DNA of 62,936 nt, filler included, from Corallochytrium limacisporum Hawaii (lineage: Eukaryota > Protista > Pluriformea): assembly GCA_002811645.1 (NCBI GenBank). It is 5 parts of 5 records of this genome, joined end to end, with 100 filler letters (N's around TTAATTAATTAA, not from the genome) between each part and the next. Parts side by side here need not be neighbours in the genome. Positions count along the whole stretch, not along the records: positions 1 to 29,853 come from PDIP01000173.1; 4 more parts are not named here. One strand, written 5' to 3'. Each line of letters starts with the position of its first letter. Within the stretch, counting starts at the first letter, position 1. The notes beneath the pieces were generated by a model that saw nothing but the letters and a program-made list of their open reading frames with translations, ran no database searches and was not told the DNA's origin. The position numbers were made by a program, and so were the translations under genes. Positions 11,801-23,807 of this stretch are shown one piece after another.

Positions 11801-12544
11801 TCCGGGTATTGTGCGGGTTGTGCACTTGGGTGCGCAGTACGGCTCGCTGCACTAAACCCATGGTGATGTTACACTCCGTCTCGTTGTTTGGACAGACCGT
11901 CAGTGGCAAAGAGGATGTTAATATGTGTGATATGCAGCAAAAAGCTATACTGTTATCCTCACAAGGAGCTCTTGCGAGTATATCAGAACAACGGGAGTAC
12001 ACACTTGCGCGAAGCGGAGCGTGGAACCCACACACACAGATCTCGGGAGAGCCGGAAGAGACTCAGTATGCGACTGGGTCTGCCACAACCAGGTCTTAGG
12101 CGTAACGTGCTTATAGCGCGCGTCAGAATCCGAATGCCGCGGCACTTGTGTCGGCCCCCCCCTTCCCCAGTGGGCCCCCTTCCTCGGGGAGGGGGGAAAG
12201 GGTGAAGCCTGGCGGTGGCCTTGCCGTGGGCACCTAACTAGTTCGAATCATTGTGCGTACGCGACTGTGGAATCAGTTTCCAACGGAAGCACAAAGCCGT
12301 AGACATTACATGGCGTAATATGTTATGTCACTTCAAAAGAATTATAGAGTAATCTTTGGTACCATGTACCTAGGCTTTGTTACGCTAGAATCCCCGGCCC
12401 TACTGGACTTAGTGGCTCTCAGGTATTTGAACTACCGATCCCAGGCACGGATCAGTAGCATTGCGCTTAACATCAGGCGCTAGCCAGTTCAAAAACTGTC
12501 TAAAAGCAGTACTTGAGAAGAAGTTGCTGAGACATAGAGAAACC

Positions 12545-13765
12545 ATGGCACCCAACGCAAGTTCTAAGCCTCTCCTTGATGAGTATGGTCGTCCGATCGA
12601 CACACTCGACTTCAATGTCATCTCCTCAGGGTCCAAAAAAATGCCTTTCACCAGCGTCAGTAGTGTATCTGATGATCCCAAAGACTTTGGTGTTACTGTG
12701 TACTATAGTTTCATTATCTTCCACTTCGTTCAGTTCGCAGCGATGTACCTTGGAGGTGGGTACACGTGGCTGCCCTTAATCGTCTTCTATGTTATGGTCC
12801 CCATCGCTGACACGTTCCTTGGCAGCACCAAGGTAAACCCAAGTAAAGACCTTGAGAAGAAGATGGATGCAGAACTGAAGTACCGCATTGTTCCCATCAT
12901 CTGGGTCATTGCTCAAACTGTGACATACCTCTGCTCCATGTGGTGGTCTGTACAGCCTGAGCGCACTACCAACGAATTCATCGCTGGTGCCATCTGCACT
13001 GGCCAAATCCTCGGCCTCGGCATCAATACTGCGCACGAACTTGGCCACAAACGCACCTGGTGGGAACCTCTGTTGGCTCAGTACCTGCTGGCAATGACCA
13101 GCTATATGCATTTCCAAGTGGAACATGTCGAAGGCCACCACTGGAACGTTGCTACTCCCATGGACCCTGCCACATCCCGGTACAATGAAACCTTCTACAG
13201 CTTCTGGCCCCGCACAGTTTACGGAAGTTATATATCCGCCTGGCACATTGAAAATCGCCGCTGTGCCAAGAAAGGCCTGCCTTTCTATCTCAACATGATG
13301 TACTGGTACACACTGACTCCCATTGTCCTCGCCGCTCTCGCCGGCAAAGTGTATGGGTTTTCGGGTGTTTCATTCTTTGTTCTTTCCAGTTTCATGGGCT
13401 TCAGCCTGCTGGAGGTTGTCAACTATATTGAACATTACGGCCTTGTGCGCAAAGAGATCGCCCCTGGCCGCTATGAGCGTGTGCGTCCCATCCATTCCTG
13501 GAACGCGGACAACAAGGTCACAAACTACTTGTTGTTTAAGTTGCAGCGCCACTCTGACCACCATGCCTTTCCAATCCGTCGCTATCAAATTCTGAGATCT
13601 TTTGATGAGAGTCCAAACCTGCCGTCTGGGTACGCGACCTGCATGATTCTGGCCCTCATTCCCCCACTATGGTTTCATGTGATGAACCCCAAAGTTGAGG
13701 AGTTCAACAGATGGGTCCAGGAGTCCCGGAACGAGATGGAAGCCAAGGGCATCAAGGTCGAATAA
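12545..13765 (+). CDS. alkB: Alkane 1-monooxygenase (membrane di-iron hydroxylase)
   Basis: All diagnostic motifs are present: HELGH, EHVEGHH, ATPMDPATSR, NYIEHYG, HSWN, LQRHSDHHA, LPSGY. Hydrophobic helices; accATGG start. Confidence 0.96.
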   Translation: MAPNASSKPLLDEYGRPIDTLDFNVISSGSKKMPFTSVSSVSDDPKDFGVTVYYSFIIFHFVQFAAMYLGGGYTWLPLIVFYVMVPIADTFLGSTKVNPSKDLEKKMDAELKYRIVPIIWVIAQTVTYLCSMWWSVQPERTTNEFIAGAICTGQILGLGINTAHELGHKRTWWEPLLAQYLLAMTSYMHFQVEHVEGHHWNVATPMDPATSRYNETFYSFWPRTVYGSYISAWHIENRRCAKKGLPFYLNMMYWYTLTPIVLAALAGKVYGFSGVSFFVLSSFMGFSLLEVVNYIEHYGLVRKEIAPGRYERVRPIHSWNADNKVTNYLLFKLQRHSDHHAFPIRRYQILRSFDESPNLPSGYATCMILALIPPLWFHVMNPKVEEFNRWVQESRNEMEAKGIKVE

Positions 13766-15116
13766 GTCTTTCATATAACTTTTCACATCGACATCCAGGT
13801 GTCTACCATGCACACGTACACACATGCATCCATAAATAAGTGCGTCACAAATAAACACCATTAATGCCATATCATCAATGCACGAGCATGACCACCAGGA
13901 GATGATGGGACAGTATCATCCCAGGAACCCAGCCATCTCGATTCTCCATCGACAGACGATTTGCGTCATCACTTGATCCTGGCAAACGAGCACAATTCAG
14001 ATGAGACATGTGATAAACATTCCTAACTCCATTAGACATCGTGAAGCTGGGCTGCAATATCAGCGACGTACGATGTGTCCTCGTGTTGAGTCACCCGAAT
14101 ACGCCATGGACATGCGAGCAGAGGGGAGACGGAGTCACCCGGGACACCCTCTCCGAAGACGGGATCGTACTCAGAGTTGGTTTTGGATGACACCCAGGGG
14201 ATCGTCTTGGTTATTGACTGAGCTACCGTGCACCAAACTACAGGAGAAATGAAACATTACGTTTGGATAACAGCAAATGAACATGCTTGCGAACGGGTGT
14301 GGATGCTCTATCCTGCCCAAGTGAGTCCCGTTGCTTCGTCTCTTCCGCATGAATTCCTAACCGCTGAGTACTCCCAAAAGTACTCCACAGTTCCAATTGT
14401 GACGCTTACTGGCACACCAAGAGGGTTCATACGCAAGATTCTCTCTGAATCCATTCCGTACTGCCACGCGAAACAGTGTTCTCAGCGTTCTTAATATGCG
14501 GTCGAGTTCGGCCGTGCTGCGTGTGATCCATTAATGCCAAATGTTCCTTTTCGATAAACGAGAACCTCCTTCCCGGCCTAAGGTACCCCTCCCCAGATGG
14601 AACCATCCTCGTCGCTCCCTACCGATGGACCCATCTTTTTTTGGTTGCTTCTCCTTTTAATGTGTTTTTAGCTGCCCCGCGCTTTCCCCTCCTCCCACTC
14701 TCCCTCCGCTCTTCCCCCCTGCAAATATTTTCTTGGTTCTGACGTTGGTTGATCCGGGCTCTCGCTTTGATTTTCTTAGGATTTTCTTGCGGAGGGGGGA
14801 AGCGAGGCAAGACCCAGGTTCCAGTTTGAGGGAGGCAATCTGTCCACTTGTATTCTCAATGTTCAACGCTAGAAGTTTCAAGAAGGCCAGGAGCATGTTG
14901 AGTGCCGTTCCTTCAGCTGTGAATGTACACAGGCAAAGTGATCTCTTTACCAAGAAAATGTTGGGAAATCAATGGAGTACTCGGGTGTATATTTCATGCT
15001 GCGGTGGGATCGCACCGGTTATTTAAAGAGATCAGGGAGTGATGATGTCCCTAAACTTGACCTGTGGATGGCGAAACATACTAATCCAATTGACCGTATG
15101 TTGTGATTGCATAATC

Positions 15117-16301
15117 ATGGGAATTTATGCCTGCGCATGTATTGGTATTGTTCTGGCTTTGACCGGATGGTTTGTGTCCGTGCTGATCCCGCTAGGACTG
15201 TGGATTCCAATCGCAGGTGTACCTGAGCGTGGCTGGCACCACTGTACTCGTATTGAGAACGGGTACTATGGCATTGAGGACATGCAATTTGTTAATCCAC
15301 AGTGGGATGGATCTGCCGACAATCGCAAGTTAGCAATAATGTCTTCAGATAATCGCAGACTCTACTGGAGGGGTCTGGATCCTGATTTTGATCTGCCATG
15401 GGACAGCCGTCTTGTTACATTTGATTTGGAGACCAAACGGACCAAGGAAATGAAAATGTTCGGCTTTGACCCAGATAAGCAGGAATTCCGACCTCACGGC
15501 ATAGGTGTGGGTCAACAATGGCAGGGTTATTCCGGGACGAGTAACCGCATCTACGTCGTGAACCACACGAAGATGGGCGACTTCATTGAGGTATTCGGTT
15601 GGAGTGTGACCGAAGGTGGGGATGCGGAAGCAACACACATTGCTAGCATCAGCCACATGAGCTTGGCCGACACAAATGACGTGGTGCCCATCAGTGACTG
15701 CGAGTTCTACGTCACACGATTTTTTGGTGCCGGTGTGGACGAAGGTGTGGATCGCCTAAAGGAAAACTTCTTGGGCAAGGAGGGCAGCTCAGTTCTGTAC
15801 GTGAACTTTTGCGAGAACAAACAGATTCCAGAGGTCAGGACTGTGGCGGAGGGCATTAACTTGGCCAATGGAATTAACATGGTAGATGAGAAAACCGTGG
15901 TCGTGGCCGGCTTTGGAAAGAACCACATTCGAGTCTTTGAACGCGACCCAACAACCAACGATCTTGAATTCCGGTACGATATTGATCTCGGTGCCAGCTG
16001 GCCCGATAACATTGATGTGGGTAGTGATGGCTTCTTGTACGTTGCATCCCTTACCGGAATAATCACTTTCATGGGACATGCAGTCCTTGGAGTCTTGAAG
16101 CATGGCGGCATCGAAGCTTTGCGGGTCAAACTCGGTGAGGACATTAATGAGGAGAACACTGGTGTCGACTTATTGGTCAGTCATCCGGGTCTTGATGACT
16201 TCGGCATGACCACTGTCGTCGCGTACGGATCTTACGACAACGAGACACACGTCGTGCTGGGCTCTCTGATAGACGATGGTATCCTGGACTGTGTTTTCTG
16301 A
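15117..16301 (+). CDS. Paraoxonase/arylesterase-like six-bladed beta-propeller (lactonase family) with N-terminal anchor
   Basis: GIEDM, FRPHGI, YVVNH, TNDVV, FYVT, LANGIN and PDNIDV motifs typical of the PON family. Confidence 0.9.
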   Translation: MGIYACACIGIVLALTGWFVSVLIPLGLWIPIAGVPERGWHHCTRIENGYYGIEDMQFVNPQWDGSADNRKLAIMSSDNRRLYWRGLDPDFDLPWDSRLVTFDLETKRTKEMKMFGFDPDKQEFRPHGIGVGQQWQGYSGTSNRIYVVNHTKMGDFIEVFGWSVTEGGDAEATHIASISHMSLADTNDVVPISDCEFYVTRFFGAGVDEGVDRLKENFLGKEGSSVLYVNFCENKQIPEVRTVAEGINLANGINMVDEKTVVVAGFGKNHIRVFERDPTTNDLEFRYDIDLGASWPDNIDVGSDGFLYVASLTGIITFMGHAVLGVLKHGGIEALRVKLGEDINEENTGVDLLVSHPGLDDFGMTTVVAYGSYDNETHVVLGSLIDDGILDCVF

Positions 16302-16658
16302 AGCACTGGTTCTGTGTTCCCTTCGATTTACCATTTTCCCTCTGGTAAAGAATGACTATGAGTTCAGTGACCATTGCGCCTCTCCCATTGATCTTTGCAT
16401 AGTGGCTGCATTTATTGAAGGAGCCCCGGTGAAGTAGACCACCCGCGGCTGATTGAGAACAGAGCGCAGGCAGTATGTGATGTGATCATGCTGTCTACCA
16501 ACATGTTGAATACAGCAAACCTAGAGTCTTTTGGGGCAAATTCTGCGCTTTACGATAGAACAAGTTCGAAAAACAAAAAAATCTGATAGTAGCAATAAAT
16601 GTCTGTACTGCGATGATTTGCTCAATCGGCGCCTGCGTTAGAGTCGCAAGACCTTCCC

Positions 16659-18221
16659 TCATCTTAGTTCCGTTTCTTCTGTGGTCGAAGTGCCGCAGTT
16701 CTTAACATTTTGAACTCGCCAGCGATTCTGATGACCTTCAACGGCTTCAACGGTGTAGCAATCAGAGTCAAGGTCACCCAGAATTGCGTCCACCCCCAAG
16801 TTAACCAAGGTGTTCGGGTCGGCGATATCATCGGAATTCTGAATTGACCGTCTAGCATTTGTCGGCGGGCAAGACGTGGCCGGAGGCGGGAACTGTTGAG
16901 CCAGATCCTGATTGCATTGATTGCTTGCAACCTTGGAGGCGTCACATTCCCAAATCTCAAAGATCACATCCGTGCCCGCAATCGAGGCCGCTGTTCCCGC
17001 CACACTGGGGGAGAAAAGGTTGTCCAGGAAAGCGTCGGACCAGTCAGCGCCCAGGAGATTCATGGCCATTACAGCTACGTCCCTAACTTTGCTGGGAGTG
17101 GTAAGCTGTTTGTTGTTAATGAGGATGGGAACATCCCCCGCCAGCATAGGAATCCCATTGCCCTGGATCCATGTTTGGATGCCAGTGGATTCTGCGTCAT
17201 AGACCAGATCGCCGGTGTAATCGATGTTAGCAGTGGCCTGGTCTGTCCAACAGGTTATGTTCAAAACTGCACCAGGAAGGATCATGGGAGTGTTAGAGAA
17301 AGTTACCGTTTGGGTTTCAGTGGTGGTTTTACTGGTGCCTTGAGCGAGCGACTCAGCGCTACTTTCTGACAGTGTATCCTTAATGGTGGTCGAGATCTCC
17401 GCACCCAAGCCCAAGAAACTGGCGGACGCCTTTGCACCAACGTCAACTTCGCTTGTACTGGTGAAGCTGTTGGTGTACGTCTGGGAAGTTGTCGAAGTTG
17501 TGGACTGACTGATACTCTGTTCATATGTGAACGAAAAAGGGTTGCACAGTGTTGAACCATTGGTAGTGACACCACTCTTGGGGGCGGTAACTACACGAGA
17601 GGTCTCAACCTCCCACACGCGTGTTGCTAGAACATTAACCGGCTGGGTGCTGAAAGCTTCGTTGACCTCTTTGAGTCTGCTGTCAAGGTAAGCCGGGAAG
17701 CCGACAGCCCAAGGAGCAAACGACTCATCATCGGCATTGGAATCACAGTAGGCATCCAATTGACCGTCTGGAGTTAGGTCCTTCAAAGCACTAAACCATG
17801 CGTCCCAAGCGTCACTATTTGCAGCCGTGCGTTCAATCTGGTAGGGAGCGGCGAGAATGGGCCCAGCGACTGTGTTCAGCTTCCAAAGGAAAGAGTTCCA
17901 GGGATCAATGAATCCATTTGTAAGGTCAATCACCTGAAAGTTTCCCATTTTGTCTTGCATGTAGGACTCGAAATCAGTGCCTTGCTGGATGATAAATTGG
18001 GACAGAGGGCGCATATCTGTGGACCCATTGAGCACGTAAAAGAAGTTGAGGTCTTGGAAAACCTGTCCTATATGGAGCGGGTCGTCCCATATAGTGGTGT
18101 TCGCAGTGTTCAGAATGGACGGACAGGACGCAGGGTCTACCGCCCTGCGGGATACGGAAGCGGCCTGGACCACAGTTGCAGTCACAAGAAAGGCGGAAGT
18201 GGCCTGGATGTTCACTTTCAT
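16659..18221 (-). CDS. Secreted aerolysin/ETX-MTX2-like beta-pore-forming protein (~520 aa)
   Basis: Signal peptide MKVNIQATSAFLVTATVVQA. Ser/Thr-rich strands flank an amphipathic hairpin (EVDVGAKASASFLGLGAEISTTI), followed by TTTETQTVTF...ILPG and IDYTG. Confidence 0.78.
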   Translation of the reverse strand: MKVNIQATSAFLVTATVVQAASVSRRAVDPASCPSILNTANTTIWDDPLHIGQVFQDLNFFYVLNGSTDMRPLSQFIIQQGTDFESYMQDKMGNFQVIDLTNGFIDPWNSFLWKLNTVAGPILAAPYQIERTAANSDAWDAWFSALKDLTPDGQLDAYCDSNADDESFAPWAVGFPAYLDSRLKEVNEAFSTQPVNVLATRVWEVETSRVVTAPKSGVTTNGSTLCNPFSFTYEQSISQSTTSTTSQTYTNSFTSTSEVDVGAKASASFLGLGAEISTTIKDTLSESSAESLAQGTSKTTTETQTVTFSNTPMILPGAVLNITCWTDQATANIDYTGDLVYDAESTGIQTWIQGNGIPMLAGDVPILINNKQLTTPSKVRDVAVMAMNLLGADWSDAFLDNLFSPSVAGTAASIAGTDVIFEIWECDASKVASNQCNQDLAQQFPPPATSCPPTNARRSIQNSDDIADPNTLVNLGVDAILGDLDSDCYTVEAVEGHQNRWRVQNVKNCGTSTTEETELR

Positions 18222-19699
18222 CTTGGTATTGTCTAACAAGTAGAGAAATACTGGTGGCAGAGATGTCTGTAGGTATGTAGCACTCTGTATCACGAATGGT
18301 AAGTTGCCGATAGTCATTCGCCACAATGATCTCTGTTCACAGATCCGAATCGACTTAAATAGCTTTCGCACCCGTCCAGATGGAGAACATCTCTGTATAG
18401 CCGCACATCTTCCCATACGATACATTCAATACTATCCACATGAGTTTCATCTATTCGGAACCTGCCAGACAGATACACCGGAAAGATATGTGTTCATCGC
18501 GGGCGTTACTATCTCTCAAGTGTCCCACTAGATGACAAATAATCTTCAAACGCGAGGTCGAGGGTCCGTTGACGACCACAGGATGTTGCTGCAACAGGTC
18601 CCTGCCGAAGTATCTAGATCCTGGAGAGTCATCTATAGTGGGTGGGCCTGGAGATGCGCCCAACATAGTGCAAGTTCGAGCACCCACCTTAGAGTCTTGG
18701 AGAACTACTAGGACCAGGACCAGGACCATGTTGGTGGCGGAGCCACGCGCAGTTAAGGTACGGCTGCAACCGTATGCTACAAATCAATCTACGTATGTGT
18801 TTCTATAGGACTCAGCAATGCTTCCCCCGCTGGTCCTAACGCTCTCGTCGCGTCCTGATAGATGCGCCGCGGCAACCACTTCATGCCCCGTTCTTCCCCC
18901 CTCCCCCTCGCCGGCCTCTCTTCCCCCCCCCCCGGGGGGGGGGGCCGGGGGTCTCTTCCGCTGTCTGGGCCCCGGTTGTGGTTGGGGAGGGGGGGGCTTG
19001 GTGGCCCGGGAAGAAGGTTTGGGCATTTGGGAAGCGCCGGCAAAACTAGGGGTACGCAAAATCGATCAAGTGGCCTCCGCGAGTATCGCGAATATGTAAC
19101 GTGCGCTACGAGCCGCGCGCGTCTCTTAATGAGATGAATTTCATCCTCGGACAACTGTGAAATTGGGGGCCTAATATTTGTTGAACGAACCCACCTTTTC
19201 CTTCGCACACACACGTCACGTTGCTGACCAACAGACAGGTCTTGCTCCGAGGGCCGGCCAATTTACGGTGTCTATGATTGGATACACCCTTGCCTATGCC
19301 GCCATACCCGCAGATTAACGGGAAACGGGGTCAAGAGTTGGCCTGTTCAATACACTGACTGCCTGATCGGTCCACCCGCGGGCGATTTATTCATACTGAA
19401 TGAAGCCTGACTGCCCATTAATTTCGCTGGGTCCCTGCGAGGGCATGGTCAGAAGTCAGCGGGCTCCTAAAAGGGAGTGCTCCTTATGACCAGTGGTCTT
19501 CATCTAACCTAGAGAATGTAGAGGGTCAGTCATGTCTCAAAGAGCAGGATGAGCTGATACTATTCTTGGACGAGACTACGTGAGACGTACCATCATGTTT
19601 AGATGAGACAATCTCTTGCACAATCAAATTCTTGCCTAGGGCTCCGTACTCTTCACCGCCGTAATGTCATTTCAAGTCAAATTCAGGGCGGGTATATTG

Positions 19700-21000
19700 A
19701 ATTACGTTAGAGACATGCCCTTAATATACGGCGAAGTTTGGAAGTCGGAATGACCGCCAGATTCCTGTGTGCAGACACCACATGGCCTTTGTCTCGCTTC
19801 CACCGCCTTGGCTGCGCGGAAGTAAAATCGCTGGATCGAACGCGGACAGATGCGCAACATCCTTCGATGTCATTTCTGTGCCTGTGATATTTACCTTCCA
19901 AATCAGGTTCATGTCTGTGTGTGTGTGGGTCAATGGAATTTGTTAGTGTAGAGTGCACAGTCTCCATCTAGGACACGGTCAAGGCTGCAAAATGGTTTCT
20001 AAATCTTGCAATGTGCCACCTGACGTTTCCTGAGCACGTTGGTGAAACCGTCGGGCCTTGTGATGTAATTGCCTGAGAACCAGTTGAGTAAGAACCCAAG
20101 GCCAGTTAAAGAACGACTGATGGTGAAGAAACACTGAAGTATTGCGCAATTTGGTGGTGGTCGAAAGAAGACGGCTGGGTTTATTTTTTTTCTTTTTTTG
20201 CGTGTTCTAAACCCTGACCCCAACCCCAGTCACTGTAGACCTTGGCCCCCGCAGACATTCTTTCCGATCTCAGACTCTGGTGAGCTCAATGGTCATCTGT
20301 CGCAGAGGTAACGGGCTGAACAGAAAGTTCTAGCACTGTTTCGATCACAACCGCTGGCACAACGACCGGATCAAGACTGCTTACATTTACGCGTCGAATG
20401 TCCAAAAAGGCTGCGTGCCCAGAGATAAGTTTACAAGGAACGGGACAAAAAAAAAGTTCGTTAGTGTAATGCCTAAGACCAAATTCGCGTTCTCTCGATG
20501 AAAGCGCAGTGGAAAACAACGGGATCCTGGTGGCCGGGACCGATTCCTCTGACGTATCTTGTAGAATTTCTAGTACACAGTCCTGCAATTGTAGAAAAAG
20601 TTTCCTTTTTCAAACATATGACCTGTCCGTCTTGTGAATCGTCTTTGCCGTAAATTCCAACGCGGAAGGTCGCCACATGGAGAAGGGGAGGTGGGGCAGG
20701 ACACCCGCGAAACCGCTACTTACCCACCGCTCAGATTGGACATTTCATGTATCCTTCCCCCTTAGCGGTCTTATTGAAATTCTTCCCTCCTATCCATTCC
20801 CGTTTTCTTCGGTTTCCGGGCCTTATTACTTGGCCCACCTTTCAGCGCTTTGTGACATAACCCTTGGCACTCCCCAAGACTCAATAGGTTGAGTAGGGTA
20901 GGATCATGTCTTTGGCTTCGACTTGTAACCCAAGACATTCTTGCCGAAGACTCCGTTAGGACCGTATACTCACCTCATCATCTTCCTATCATTCTATTCC
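19700..21000 (-). mobile_element. Degenerate Ty3/gypsy-like pol relic (RT connection, RNase H, integrase)
   Basis: IPLFSTALSSRERE..LRHY...KLISGHAA (RNase H-like, ~20400-20525) lies upstream of SSDFTS...W...LRRILR (integrase-like, ~19710-19850), which is the gypsy order. Confidence 0.45.
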
Positions 21001-22476
21001 ACTTAGCTGTATACGATTGGGATATGGTGATTGTACTGTATCGTCCGAGTTATTGTACTGTATCGCCCGTACTCCCTTCCTGTGCCACCCTCTTGCATCA
21101 GATTCCTGCGCCCGATTCTTTCTTCAAATGATTCCAGAGGAGGAGACCTGTCATCACCGTACGAGTGTCCAAGTTTCCGTAGTCAAACGTGATCATGGAC
21201 GTATCAATCGGAGGGGTCTCCGGAAAAAAATGGGTATCGACAGAAGCATCGGCATCTCTTCATATGGTTGCTTTTTTCGCCTACACACCGGGTTTTGCGA
21301 TAGTCACCCTGATGCCCTTATCGACCTATTCATGGTTACTGACTCCGGAGTCACTTGATCGAGCAAGTACCTCGTCTCGGATGATTTACGGACATGGTCC
21401 TTCGATCATCTTGTGCACAGTCATGCGGGTAAATTCTATGCTGTAGACCGGAACACACGGATGCCGTGCGAGTGGGCTCTTGACCGTGGCCTGAGGCAGT
21501 GGCCAGAATAGCCAGACACCACACACAGGCTATTAGTATGGTACGCAAACCAAGGGTACATTAATGTGATCCCAACCACATACTGGGCCTCAAGAAGAAA
21601 AAAAGGTCCAGAAACTGTCACGACGATACGCCAAGCGACGTTGGGAAGGGGGGGGGCCGAGCCCTATAGCCAATACACCGTGCAACCATATGACTGTTTC
21701 GCTCGACTGGCTGTTCACCTCGCACGTGGGCCCATCGCAACCAAGGTGCGTAAACCAATGTACGTCAAAGAGAAGGACTCCCGTTCGCCAGGATATGCCT
21801 CAGTGCCAAAGGGCTGTGTGAGAGTACAAAAGGCGACCATAATGGCCAGGTTAAGCAAAAGTCTTAGGCATATTGTTGGGAAAATTCTGGCTATGGGCAC
21901 GTTTAACGGTACCGCCACTGCAAGAAATAATACAGACGTTTTCATTCTTTTCTCCTCGCTTGTAAAAATTTTTCCACCTTTGAGCTGTGGCTGACGCGCC
22001 GAGCTTGAGTATGGCCTGTTTTTTTCTTGCGCAAATTTTCCCTTTTGTTTGGTGGACCGGCGGCCTTATAACACTACCACTCCCCTCCCAGCCGCTCCCG
22101 TTCGGAAAGCCAAGCCGGCGGTGTGGTGAAGAAAGTGTCCCCCCCCCCCTCCGCGCCCTTTTATCCCATGCCGCCGTGGACACCCCGGGGCTGGCCTTGA
22201 CCCCGGGGCACAGAAAGTAAGCAAGACAGAGCAGGCAAAAGGGGTGGGTTGTGGGGGAAGGGGGGGGGGATGAAAGGGTGTGGAGAGAAAATGACCGGAA
22301 GGAAAACCTGAAGAAAAATTAAAACAAAATGGGGCAGCAACCACCCCCTTCCGCTAGGGGACCGCGAGGTAAGCGAAGCGAGTGGGTGGGACAGGGCACA
22401 GAGAAAAGAGAAAGAGAGAGCGAGAGAGAGAGAGAGTGGGGGCAGTGCATTAAGTCGGCCAGCAGAGGGCGCGGCG

Positions 22477-22572
22477 AGAGAGAGACTTAGAGAGAGAGAG
22501 AGACTTAGAGAGAGAGAGAGACTTAGAGAGAGAGAGAGACTTAGAGAGAGAGAGAGACTTAGAGAGAGAGAG
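22477..22572. repeat. Compound minisatellite, ~18-bp unit CTTA(GA)7 x5
   Basis: Directly visible. Confidence 0.9.
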
Positions 22573-23807
22573 AGCGAGAGAGCGAGAGCGAGAGAGGGGG
22601 GCAGTGTGTAAGGTGATCGTGAGTTGGTGTCCCCGTGCTTGGGCGCGGTCTCTCTCCTCTTCCCTCCCTATACACACCCTCCCACCCCAAACCCCAGGCG
22701 ACTGACGTACTCGCTCGATGATGACGCGCTCGCTCCGCTCGCTCGCTCTTCATTCCATGCCTTACCACGGTTGCGGGAACGAGGAAAAGACGAAGGAGGA
22801 GGAGAAGCAGGAAGCAGGAAGTGCGCCCTTTGTTCCCCTGCCCCCTGCATCTCTCATCTTGCACGGCAGCAAAGCAATATGCTGCATTTGTAGTTGGTCG
22901 CTTTGGTATTGCATTGGTGTCTTTTGTGCGCGAGCATATTGTGATCGCCAATATGAGACTCAGGATAGGACTATTTTGGACTGGGCGCACAAGTTTGTTT
23001 CGTCGTGTGCCCAATGGCACGGTTCGTCTTTAGCTCCGCCAATGACATATGCCATGAATTGCGGGGGGGGGGNNNNNNNNNNNNNNNNNNNNNNNNNNNN
23101 NNNNNNNNNNNNNNNNNNNNNNNNNNNNNNNNNNNNNNNNNNNNNNNNNNNNNNNNNNNNNNNNNNNNNNNNNNNNNNNNNNNNNNNNNNNNNNNNNNNN
23201 NNNNNNNNNNNNNNNNNNNNNNNNNNNNNNNNNNNNNNNNNNNNNNNNNNNNNNNNNNNNNNNNNNNNNNNNNNNNNNNNNNNNNNNNNNNNNNNNNNNN
23301 NNNNNNNNNNNNNNNNNNNNNNNNNGGGGAAGGGGAGGCAAAGAAGGGGGACGGAGGGAAGTTCGGTGGAAACAGGGGCGGGCAGCCTCGGCGCACAATG
23401 TCGGACCTCAATGTGCCCAGGCTAAGGATTTTCGAGTGGAAATGCAGTACATTTATTATGAATTTGTCCCAAGATGATGATTCCTAATCTGAAGAGAGAA
23501 GACGGAGGAAGCGTGTATCAGATTCCGGACAGCGGGAGAAAAGGCATATGGCAACATCCTTGGGGCTGGCTTTTGGCGGCACTACGATAAGGTATTTGGT
23601 TCCCATCAGGTTCTGTTCGTCAGTGGGTATCGTAGTACGTAAACAAACGTGATCGTTCAGAAATGCAATTTTGTTTGGACTGTATCAGCTGGTATTTACA
23701 AGATCTCTATGAACTCTTGATCCCCGCTTCTGCTCGAACCAGTTGAGGACATCAAAGAACGCCAGTCTATTGCTGATATCTGTACCGTCACACCGGTAGC
23801 GACCACC

